From: Candidatus Tyrphobacter sp.
GTDB taxonomy: Bacteria > Patescibacteriota > Minisyncoccia > UBA6257 > Colwellbacteraceae
Assembly (NCBI GenBank): GCA_035532135.1
Contig: DATKRQ010000041.1
Location: forward strand, 1-28,846
Reading direction: 5' to 3'
DNA: 28,846 nucleotides
A program made the translations under genes and the position numbers. Shown here in pieces: positions 7,578 to 16,268 of the stretch. Within the stretch, counting starts at the first letter, position 1, and every line of letters begins with the position of its first letter. A model generated the notes under the pieces. That model did not search any database. It had not been told where the DNA came from and saw only the letters and a list, made by a program, of their open reading frames with translations.

Positions 7578-9035
7578 ATGCAATTGACTTTCCCGAAGGA
7601 AATCAGGGCAATCATCGAGCTTTTAAAGAAGGAGGGGTTCGCTACTTTTTTGGTTGGCGGCTGCGTCCGCGATCTTCTAATCGGCCGCGAGCCCCAGGAT
7701 TGGGACGTGGCGACCGACGCTAAGCCGGCCGAAATCCAGAAGGTGTTTCCGGAAAGCGTTTACGAGAACCAGTTCGGCACGGTGGCGGTCAAAACGGGAA
7801 GCGAAGAAGAAAAACTTAAGCTCATTGAAGTAACTACCTTTCGGGAAGAAGGAAAGTACAGCGACCGGCGGCACCCCGACGAAATTAAATTCACCAAAAC
7901 CATCGAGGAAGATCTTTCGCGGCGGGATTTCACGATCAACGCCATCGCGCTTGGCGGATCGGATTCCGAAATCATCGACCCCTATGGCGGCCAATCTGAT
8001 TTAAAAAAGAAGGTTATTAAAGCGGTCGGCAATCCAGACGAGAGATTTGGCGAAGATGCCTTGCGGATGATGCGGGCGGTCAGACTTTCGGCGGAATTGG
8101 GATTTGAAATCGAAGCGGGGACGGCCGAGGCGATAAAGAAGAATTCGGCTCTCCTGAAATTTATGGCCGAGGAAAGGGTGAGAGACGAGCTTGTTAAAAT
8201 TGTCCTCTCGCCTCGGGCCAAGGAGGCCATCGAGGAACTGGAACGGATCAGTCTCCTTAAATATATTATTCCCGAACTGCGCGAGGGCCTGGGGATGAGC
8301 CAGAATCTCCATCACATCTATACCGTCTGGGAGCATAATCTGCGGGCCCTGGATTACGCGGTGGGCAAGAACTATGATTTAGTAGTCAGGCTTGCCGCTC
8401 TGCTTCACGATGTGGGAAAGCCCCGCACTAAAAGAGGCGAAGGGCCCCACGCCACTTTCTATAATCACGAGGTAGCGGGGGCGAGGATGACCCAGAAAAT
8501 AATGGAGCGGCTTAAATTCCCGAAGGATGTTTCCGAACGGGTAGTTCATTTGGTGCGCTTTCATCTTTTTTATTATAACGTGGGCGAGGTGACCGAAGCT
8601 GGCGTTCGGCGCTTCCTCCAGCGAGTGGGGGTGGAGAACGTGGACGACTTGATGAGAATTCGGGAAGCCGACCGGATCGGTTCGGGCGTGCCCAAGGCCG
8701 TGCCTTATAAATTGAGACACCTAAGGTTCATGATCGACAAGGTGCGGCAGGATCCCATTTCACCGAAGATGCTTAAAGTGAACGGAACGGACGTGATGGA
8801 GATTCTTCGCCTTGAGCCGAGCCCCAAAGTGGGGTATATTTTAGCCGCCCTCCTTGAGGAAGTCTTGGACAAGCCTGAGAGGAATGAAAAGGATTATCTT
8901 GTTTCGAGAATGAAAGAACTCGATAAGATGAGCGAGGGCGAGTTGAAGAGGCTTTTCGAATCGGCCAGGAAAAAGAAGGAAGAATTTGAAGGCGAAGCCG
9001 AAAGAGAAATAAAGGAAAAGTATTATGTGAAGTAA
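7578..9035 (+). CDS. cca: CCA tRNA nucleotidyltransferase with HD domain
   Basis: VGGCVRDLL, DWDVATD, FREEGKY loop, DLSRRDFTINA, EDALRMMRA, LLHDVGK. Confidence 0.9.
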   Translation: MQLTFPKEIRAIIELLKKEGFATFLVGGCVRDLLIGREPQDWDVATDAKPAEIQKVFPESVYENQFGTVAVKTGSEEEKLKLIEVTTFREEGKYSDRRHPDEIKFTKTIEEDLSRRDFTINAIALGGSDSEIIDPYGGQSDLKKKVIKAVGNPDERFGEDALRMMRAVRLSAELGFEIEAGTAEAIKKNSALLKFMAEERVRDELVKIVLSPRAKEAIEELERISLLKYIIPELREGLGMSQNLHHIYTVWEHNLRALDYAVGKNYDLVVRLAALLHDVGKPRTKRGEGPHATFYNHEVAGARMTQKIMERLKFPKDVSERVVHLVRFHLFYYNVGEVTEAGVRRFLQRVGVENVDDLMRIREADRIGSGVPKAVPYKLRHLRFMIDKVRQDPISPKMLKVNGTDVMEILRLEPSPKVGYILAALLEEVLDKPERNEKDYLVSRMKELDKMSEGELKRLFESARKKKEEFEGEAEREIKEKYYVK

Positions 9036-9036
9036 T

Positions 9037-9107
9037 CGGGGTGTCGTATACCGGCAGTACGCACGCTTCGGGTGCGTGTAGACTGGGTTCGATTCCCAGC
9101 ACCCCGA
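9037..9107 (+). tRNA. tRNA-Pro(CGG)
   Basis: cggggtg/caccccg acceptor, cacgc-ttCGGgt-gcgtg anticodon arm, ctggg-ttcgatt-cccag T arm. Confidence 0.95.
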
Positions 9108-9140
9108 CACTTATGTGCCGCCCTCGACCGGAGTTTTCGG

Positions 9141-9169
9141 TTGCCGTGATCGGTTCGATTTGCTAAATT
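9141..9169 (+). promoter_or_regulatory. Sigma70-type promoter, probably giving a leaderless mRNA for the HD protein
   Basis: TTGCCG-17 nt-TAAATT with TGn, 6 nt before the ATG. Confidence 0.55.
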
Positions 9170-9175
9170 TTAAGT

Positions 9176-9745
9176 ATGGAAGACTTTAGGAAAAGAGCTT
9201 TGATACTTCTTGAGGAAAACATTAAGAACCGAAATCTTATAAAGCATAATCTGGCGGCCGGGGCCTTGATGAAGGCGTTAGCGATTCATCTTCACGAAGA
9301 GAATAATGCTGATTTATGGGAATTAGCCGGACTGGTTCACGACTTGGATTGGGAGCTCACTCAGAACGAACCCCAAAAACACACCGAGCCGGCGGCCGAA
9401 ATTTTAAGAAAAGAGAATTTTCCTCCGGAGGTGATTGAGGCGGTCTATCGGCATAATTTCCACGCCAATCACCTGGCGCCGGAAACATTGATGGAAAAAG
9501 CGCTTTATTACACCGAGGAGGCAACGGGCTTGATTGTGGCGGCTGCTCTCATTTTGCCCTCGAAGAAGTTGGCCGATTTAACGGTTGAGAGCGTTATGAA
9601 GAGATTCGGAGAAAAATCATTCGCCCGCGGGGTGGATCGAAACTTAATTCTTGAGATGGAAGGAAAACTGGGGCTTAGGGTGGAGGAACTGATGCGAATT
9701 GCTCTTCCGGCGCTTCAGGCGATCCACGGGGATTTGGGACTTTGA
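9176..9745 (+). CDS. HD/HDIG-domain metal-dependent phosphohydrolase
   Basis: LIKHNLA...WELAGLVHDLD...H...AVYRH...FARGVDR pattern. Confidence 0.88.
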   Translation: MEDFRKRALILLEENIKNRNLIKHNLAAGALMKALAIHLHEENNADLWELAGLVHDLDWELTQNEPQKHTEPAAEILRKENFPPEVIEAVYRHNFHANHLAPETLMEKALYYTEEATGLIVAAALILPSKKLADLTVESVMKRFGEKSFARGVDRNLILEMEGKLGLRVEELMRIALPALQAIHGDLGL

Positions 9746-9775
9746 AATCAGAATCCTATAGAGTATATTGGGACT

Positions 9776-9973
9776 ATGTTCGATCAACTCAAGGCGGCTC
9801 AGGGACTTTTAAAAAATATGAATCCCGGCGATCTTAAAGAGCTTGTGGGCCAGGCCAAGGAGGCGCAACAGATGATGGCGCAAGAAATCAAAAAAGCCGT
9901 TGAGGAGGAAATAAGAAGGCGAGACCTCATAAGCCGCGACGAGGTTTTGCGGCTCATTAAGGAAAACAAATAG
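9776..9973 (+). CDS. Small hypothetical helical protein
   Basis: 65-aa ATG ORF filling the gap between the HD gene and tRNA-Ala, with TATATT 6 nt upstream. Confidence 0.7.
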   Translation: MFDQLKAAQGLLKNMNPGDLKELVGQAKEAQQMMAQEIKKAVEEEIRRRDLISRDEVLRLIKENK

Positions 9974-9977
9974 TTTC

Positions 9978-10051
9978 GGGCCTATAGTAAAACGGCATTA
10001 CGCAGCATTCGCATTGCTGAGGTCGGGGTTCAATTCCCCGTAGGTCCACCA
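9978..10051 (+). tRNA. tRNA-Ala(CGC), CCA encoded
   Basis: gggccta/taggtcc with G3:U70, anticodon arm cagca-ttCGCat-tgctg, ends acca. Confidence 0.95.
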
Positions 10052-10139
10052 AGGCCACCGGAACATTGCCGGCGTTCAAGCACTCGACTTTCCTTTGATT
10101 AAACAAGGCTTCCCGGCTCTCGTTTTGTATAATTAACTC

Positions 10140-11300
10140 ATGATTGAGCGGGGAATAGCGACTTTTACGCTTGACGACGGGAAGTGCCCGAAGTGGCTTT
10201 TCGAGCGGATGGTTAAGCTTGGGCGCGAGATGATTCGGGCGATCGTGGCTGAGGAGGGAGCGGACGAATTTGTGAGGCGCCTCGGGGATCCGGTCTGGTT
10301 CCAGTCCTTGGGCACGGTCTTGGCTTTCGACTGGAACGCTTCGGGCCTCACGACCATTTTGACGGCCGCCTTGAAGGAAGCCATCCGGCGGGAAGAAAAT
10401 GATCTGGGAATCTTCATCTGCGGCGGCAAGGGGAAGACTTCGAGAAAGACGCCAGAGGAAATTTTGCGCTGGGGCGAGGCGGCTAATTTTTCCGAATCAA
10501 AGGTCAATTCTTTGATATATAACTCCCGGATGGCGGCCAAGGTGGATAGTGCCCTCGTTCAGGACGGATTCCAGATTTATCATCACGCTTTTTTCTTCAG
10601 CCGGAACGGAGCCTGGACAGTGGTCCAGCAGGGGATGAATACCAGGAATCAAACGGCCCGGCGTTATCACTGGCATTCGAAGAACCTGACGGATCTCATT
10701 AAGGAACCTCATTCGGGCATCGCGAGCCAGACAAAAATAAAAAAGGTTCTCAATCTCACGGCCGGAGAAAGCGGAAAGACCCGCGAGATAAGCGTCGAAC
10801 TTGTTTCCCAGAATTTTCCGACCTTGTTCAAAGATATAAAAATCCTGAGGAAATATTCGACGCCGGTTTCTCAGATGGCCAAGCTCGCGACCCAACGGGG
10901 CCAGCTCACCTTGCTCAATCTGGAAGACGCCGAGTTTTCCCGTCATCCGGTGGTGAATGAAAATTTCAGCCAAAGCAAATATCTCGAGAAAATTCTCTGG
11001 AAGCTCTGCGACGAGAAACCGAAAAATTACGAAGAGTTGGTAAGCAAGGCGGGGGTGGGGCCGAAAACCGTTCGGGCGCTGGCGCTGGTGGCTGAAATAA
11101 TCTACGGAGCGAAACCTTCTTACGAAGACCCGGCCCGCTATAGCTTCGCTCACGGCGGGAAAGACGGCACGCCCTATCCCGTCGACCGAGTAACCTACGA
11201 TCGGACGATTGAGTCGATTAAAAGATACGTTTCCCGCTCAAGGCCCGAATCTCGAAATTCCGAGTTATCCACACTCGGAGAAGCGTCGGGCGTGGTATAA
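10140..11300 (+). CDS. DUF763-family protein
   Basis: DPVWFQSLGTVLAFDWNASGLTT, VQQGMN, RRYHW, SFAHGGKDG.PYPVD, and HhH-like GVGPKT. Confidence 0.85.
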   Translation: MIERGIATFTLDDGKCPKWLFERMVKLGREMIRAIVAEEGADEFVRRLGDPVWFQSLGTVLAFDWNASGLTTILTAALKEAIRREENDLGIFICGGKGKTSRKTPEEILRWGEAANFSESKVNSLIYNSRMAAKVDSALVQDGFQIYHHAFFFSRNGAWTVVQQGMNTRNQTARRYHWHSKNLTDLIKEPHSGIASQTKIKKVLNLTAGESGKTREISVELVSQNFPTLFKDIKILRKYSTPVSQMAKLATQRGQLTLLNLEDAEFSRHPVVNENFSQSKYLEKILWKLCDEKPKNYEELVSKAGVGPKTVRALALVAEIIYGAKPSYEDPARYSFAHGGKDGTPYPVDRVTYDRTIESIKRYVSRSRPESRNSELSTLGEASGVV

Positions 11301-11388
11301 TATTTGAGACAGAAGGAAACCTGCGGCCGCCTAAAAAGAGTGGCGCGGGCAAAGGTCGAGTTAAAATTGAAATAAATAAAAACGGAAA

Positions 11389-12078
11389 ATGGTAACTCAG
11401 AGTTTGATTGACGCCATTGTCTCTCCGCTTAACCAGGTTTGGAATGAGTTTGTCGCGCTTTTGCCGGCGGCGGTTGGCGCTTTGGTCGCCTTCATCGTCG
11501 GCATTTTCGTTTCGGCCATTCTTGGATCGGCGGTGGAAAAGGGATTGAGGTCCGTCAAGGTTGATACCGTTTTGGAGAATACCGAATTCGATAAAGACCT
11601 GAAGCGAGCCGGAATTAATACGACCGTTTCTCGTTTCCTCGGCCGGCTGGTCTATTGGTTTTTCCTGATCGCGACCTTGGTTTTGGTGATTGGCATCCTG
11701 TTCGGTTCGCCGGCCAGCGCTTTCGCCATCATCCAACCGATCTTGTCTTATATACCTCAGGTGGTCGTGGCCGTCATTATCCTTTTGGGAGCGATTATCT
11801 TGGCCAACTTCTTGCGTGGGGTGATTAAAACCGCCGCCGCCGGGGCCAAGGTCCATTCGACCAAGTTTTTGGGCGCCATCGCTTGGTGGTCCGTCTTGGT
11901 CTTTGGCGTGATTGCCGCGTTAACGCAATTGGAAATCGCTTCGCAATTCCTTTACGCTATCTTTGTGGCCTTAATCGGCATGCTCGCTTTGGCTGGAGGT
12001 TTGGCCTTCGGTCTGGGGGGCAGGGAATTCGCCGCTTCTCTTTTAGAGAAGTTCAGGGAGCAGGTGGAAGAAAAATAG
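11389..12078 (+). CDS. Conserved TM-helix repeat membrane protein (MscS/CmpX-type N-terminal)
   Basis: Two repeats of the P.vv.A.iillG...a..l....k pattern, FG.GG at the C-terminus, about 5 TM segments. Confidence 0.75.
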   Translation: MVTQSLIDAIVSPLNQVWNEFVALLPAAVGALVAFIVGIFVSAILGSAVEKGLRSVKVDTVLENTEFDKDLKRAGINTTVSRFLGRLVYWFFLIATLVLVIGILFGSPASAFAIIQPILSYIPQVVVAVIILLGAIILANFLRGVIKTAAAGAKVHSTKFLGAIAWWSVLVFGVIAALTQLEIASQFLYAIFVALIGMLALAGGLAFGLGGREFAASLLEKFREQVEEK

Positions 12079-12099
12079 ATTCGGACGCCTGTTTTCAGT

Positions 12100-12136
12100 A
12101 ACTAAAAAACCGCTTGTGAGGAGCGGTTTTTTAGTT
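12100..12136. terminator. Bidirectional intrinsic terminator
   Basis: aactaaaaaaccgct-tgtgagg-agcggttttttagtt is a perfect 15-bp inverted repeat. Confidence 0.85.
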
Positions 12137-12147
12137 CTTTTCCGCTA

Positions 12148-12175
12148 TTGACAAGGGTTTCGCCTCGGCTATAAT
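12148..12175 (+). promoter_or_regulatory. rRNA promoter for the 23S-5S unit
   Basis: Consensus TTGACA-16 nt-TATAAT about 195 nt upstream of the 23S. Confidence 0.85.
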
Positions 12176-12943
12176 TCCCTTCGTGAAGATGAGTCGAAAG
12201 AGAGCAAGCATGAACGGCTGAAGAGGTCTCAGGTTTAGAGTGTCTCAGCGGCCGCTTCAAAGCGGCTTTTTCTTTCCTGCCGAGACGGCAAACGACTCGA
12301 CTGAAGTTTGACAATCAAATAGAGAAATAGAAACAAGGTGAGCATTTAAATGACCGTTTCTCGAAAATTTGAGGGTTATTAAGAGCGTATGGTGGATGCC
12401 TTGACGCAAAGTAGCGATGAAGGACGCGGCGTAGCGGCGATACGCCTCGGGGAGGTGCGTAGCAACCTTTGATCCGGGGATTTCCGAATGGGAAAACCTA
12501 ATCTGGCAAACCCAGATTGTTTCGAGCTTAAAAACTCGAATCGCACACCCGCTGAAGTGAAACATCTCAGTAAGCGGAGGAAAAGAAATCAAGTCTGTCC
12601 CTTGAGGGGCAGAAATATTCCCTAAGTAGCGGCGAGCGAAATGGGAAGAGCCCAAACCTCGATTTTTTGGCGCAAGTCAGAAAAACGGGGGGTTGTAAGA
12701 CTGGAAAATTTTAGTTGTTAACTATTGGTCCTAATTAATTTTAGTTATCAATAGTTAACGACTAAGGCTGGTTACAAATTGCTTTGTTAGTTGAAGGGAT
12801 TGGAAAGTCCCGCCAAAGAGAGTGAAAGCCTCGTAAACGAAAACAACAGCAACCAGTTTTTCTTGATCTTGAGTACTTCGAAGAATGAAAACTTTGAAGG
12901 AATCATCCTGAACTATCAGGAAAGGCTAAATATACTTTGTGAT

Positions 12944-12980
<37 letters not shown>

Positions 12981-15133
12981 CAGCCCTGTTAGGGCGGTGA
13001 AATAGACCTGAAACCGTACGCTTACAAAGAGTCGGAGCCCGGTCGCGTCGCTTGCGACGCGATGGGTGACGGCGTGCCTATTGAAGAATGAACCAACGAG
13101 TTTATCTTATTCCTTTGTCTAAGTTCCACGGAACGGAGGCGGAGGGAAACCGAGTCTTAATAGGGCGTCCCGCCGCAAGGCGGGGGAGGGATGAGATAAG
13201 ACCCGAAGCCAAGCGAGCTTGCCCCGGCCAGGGTGAACCCCGCCGAAAGGTGGGGGGAGGCCCGAACCGGTTGATCGTGCAACATCTTCGGATGAGCTGG
13301 GGTAAGAAGTGAAAAGCTAATCGAGCTTGGGAATAGCTGGTTCTCTCCGAAACAGTTTTAGGACTGGCGTCACGTGTTTCCTTCTGGGGGTAGAGCACTG
13401 GAAGGGCTTGAAAGGGCGAAAGCTCGCGAGCCCTATCAAACTCCGAATACCAGAAGATTAAAACGTGGCAGTTAGACTACGGGGGCTAAGCTCCGTGGTC
13501 GAGAGGGAAAAAGCCCTGATCGCCGTCTAAGGTCCCTAAATTTCTGCTAAGTGTTAAAGGTGGTCGCAAACCAGAGACAGGTAGGAGGTTGGCTTAGAGG
13601 TAGCCATCCTTTAAAGAGTGTGTAACAACTCACTACTCGATGGTTTACGGCGCCGAAAATTTACCGGGGCTAAAGCAGAATACCGAAGACGCGAATCCCG
13701 CCGCAAGGCGGGGTGGTAGGAGAGCATTCCTAACGCAGTGAAGCTCCAGCCGCGAGGCGGAGTGGAGCGTTGGGAAGAGAGAATGTTGGTATGAGTAACC
13801 TCAAAGTCAGTGAGAAACTGGCTCCCCGAAAATCCAAGGTTTCCGTGGCACTGGCAATCATCCACGGGTTAGGCGATCCTAAGGCAATGGCGAAAGCCGC
13901 AGCTAAATGGGAAGCTGGTTAATATTCCAGCCCTTCCGTATTTTTCGATGGAGTGACGGAAGACAGTAGACGAGGCACCTTATTGGTTTGGTGTCCTTGA
14001 TCGAGGACGATATCCAGGCAAATCCGGATATCTGCTTTTAATGGCGCGTCTCAGTTAAAAGGCGAGTCGGGGTTTTTGCCTCGGCAAGTTCGTCGAGCGT
14101 CTTTCCCAGAAAAACTTCTAAGGTTAGGAATATGGAAATCGTACCGGAAACCGACACAGGTGGATAGGGCGAGAAGCCCAAGGGGAACGAGTGATTCTCC
14201 GTTAAGGAACTCGGCAAAAAAGCGGCCGTAAGTTAGCAATAAGGCCTTCCCGCCAACGATATAGAAATATAAAGAAAGCGGGACGCAGCGAAAGTATCTC
14301 TGGCGACTGTTTATCAAAAACACAGCTCCCTGCGAACTCGTAAGAGGATGTATAGGGGGTGACGCCTGACCGATGCGAGAAGGTTAAGACTGGCGGTGGC
14401 GTGTAGCAATATGCGCTGCTGACTGGTTAAAGCCCTCGTCAATGTCAGCGGTAACTATAACCGTTCTAAGGTAGCGCATTTCCTTTTCGGGTAAGTTCCG
14501 AAGCGCACGAATGGCGTAACGACTGGAGAACTGTCTCAACGGAGAGCTCGGTGAAAATGCGATTCCCGTGAAGACGCGGGATACCTGCAGCGGGACGAAA
14601 AGACCCCGGGAGCTTTACTGTAGTCTGGTATTGGCTCTAGGGTTTGGCTGCGTAGTGTAGCGGGTAGGCTTTGAAGCTCCGATTTCGGTTGGAGTGGAGC
14701 CAACAATGAAACACCCGCCTTCCAAACTTTAGAATCTAACCAATGCGGCAAAAACGCATCGGGACAGTGCTTGATGGGCAGTTTTTCTGGGGCGGAATCC
14801 TCCTAAAGAGTAACGGAGGAGTTTATCAAGGTCAGCTAGGGTCGGATGGAAATCGACCTGGTCGCGTAAAGGCAGAAGCTGGCTTGACTGCAAGACTTAC
14901 AAGTCGCGCAGGTGCGAAAGCAGAACTTAGCGACCCGACGGCTCTTTATAGAAAGGCCGAAGATATCGGACAAAAGCTACCCCGGGGATAACAGGCTGGT
15001 TTCGTCCGAGCGTCCACAGCGACGACGAAGCTCGGCACCTCGATGTCGGCTCGCCCTAGCTCGGGGCTGAAGAAGGTCCCAAGAGTTTGGCTGTTCGCCA
15101 ATTAAAAGGGCACGCGAGCTGGGTTCAAACCGT

Positions 15134-15454
15134 CAAAAGAACCATATTACATCGATAATCACACGGCGGCGCAGAAGAGTAATCTTCTGCTGAGAAGTTG
15201 ACTCATATCGGTGAAGTCCTAACAATACGTTGCGACATCAACCTGTCGTATGTTGGGATAATACCGAGGGAAGTCGTACGTGCCTCTCTTCTTAAAGAGA
15301 GACGTGTATTGACCCCGTAGAGACTTGATCCGAATGGATCAGATTCGCCAATCGGCGGATAACACGTCAACCTCCTTTGATGCGTTCAGGATTTATTCTG
15401 AGCCTGTCGAAGGATGATGGTATAGTCCATACAATTAGTAATAATTGATTCATG
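15134..15454 (+). mobile_element. Group I intron (IA-like) at 23S position L2593, no ORF, 321 nt
   Basis: Exon aaaccgU|...uucaUG|cgtgagacag. Guide cacg+gcgg (15163-15170) pairs with the 3' exon cgtg (P10) and 5' exon ccgt (P1). P3 gttgac/gtcaac, P7 gact/agtc, P7.1 and P7.2 hairpins. Confidence 0.92.
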
Positions 15455-15517
15455 CGTGAGACAGGTTGGTCTCTATCTGCTGCAGGCGTTTAACATCTGA
15501 AGGAAGTCAACCCTAGT

Positions 15518-16268
15518 AAGCAATTTGCTACTTCGCGAAGTAATTCGCGATGACAATTCGGCTAATAACGGTGAAGTCTTGTAATGTTTGTTTCCGTTGA
15601 TAACAAAATTTACTTGCGGTCCAATAAATTTTGTACTTGAGGACCAAAATATTGTAAGATAATACCGTGGGAAGTCGGTCTAAAACTAATTTTGCTTATA
15701 TAGCCGGTTTTCTGGATGGCGATGGTAGCCTAATGCTTCAATTGAAAAAACGTAAGGATGGTAATAAGTCTCGGAACAGATTTATGGCGACCATCTGTTT
15801 TTATCAAGACATTCGGCACGCAAAACCATTGATTTGGATTCGTAATATTCTCGAAATTGGATATATATCCAAGAGAAAAGACAATATTGCCGAATTAAGA
15901 ATCAATGGCTATCGTCAGATTGAAGGATTGATAAAAGAATTGCTTCCTTTTATCAAATTTAAAAAGGTTCAGGCGAAATCTCTCTTGAAGTCAATAAAAA
16001 TTCTTCAAAAAAAGAAATTGCCGGAATCAGACTTGAGAAAACTGGTAGATAATATTCTTCTTATTCAGGAAGAGAATTATCGGACAAGAAGAAAGAAAAA
16101 TAAGCGAGAATTACTTAAGGTTTTAGGCTTGACCCCGTAACGACTGGATCCTCGCCGATGGCGGGGTGAAGATAGCGTTCGAACGCTATAACACGCCGAT
16201 CTCCCACCAGGCGGAAGCCTGAGGAGAAAGATATAGTCTACGCACATAGTGATATGTGATTTTACGTG
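15518..16268 (+). mobile_element. Group I intron (IA-like) in the sarcin-ricin loop (after U2656), 751 nt, with homing endonuclease
   Basis: Exon ccctagU|...acgtG|acgagaggacc restores CUAGUACGAGAGGAC. P1 tagt/gcta with U.G pair, P3 cggc/gccg, P7 gact/agtc with aagatatagtc, P7.1, P7.2 and P8 present. Confidence 0.92.
15667..16140 (+). CDS. Single-motif LAGLIDADG homing endonuclease (I-CreI-like)
   Basis: AYIAGFLDGDGS motif, F.Q motif, LLPFIKFKK.QA. AT-rich and located in the intron P6 loop. Confidence 0.93.
   Translation: MGSRSKTNFAYIAGFLDGDGSLMLQLKKRKDGNKSRNRFMATICFYQDIRHAKPLIWIRNILEIGYISKRKDNIAELRINGYRQIEGLIKELLPFIKFKKVQAKSLLKSIKILQKKKLPESDLRKLVDNILLIQEENYRTRRKKNKRELLKVLGLTP

Noticed and set aside
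11303-11388. Possible c-di-GMP-I riboswitch in the 5' UTR of the membrane gene (ggaaac...gcaaag)
   Set aside because: A hairpin can be drawn, but the GNRA tetraloop/receptor and second stem are not evident.
12186-12210. Hammerhead-like string gatgagtcgaaaga in the rRNA leader
   Set aside because: It lacks the CUGA core start, a closed stem II and the GAAAC strand.
13035-13070. Palindrome tcgcgtcgcttgcgacgcga at 23S helix 25
   Set aside because: It is a short ordinary variable-helix extension with a CUUG loop, too small to call an intervening sequence.
14585-14605. 23S A2057 (macrolide-related position)
   Set aside because: It is compensated by U2611 (gtctcta), a common natural pair. A2058 and A2059 are unchanged.
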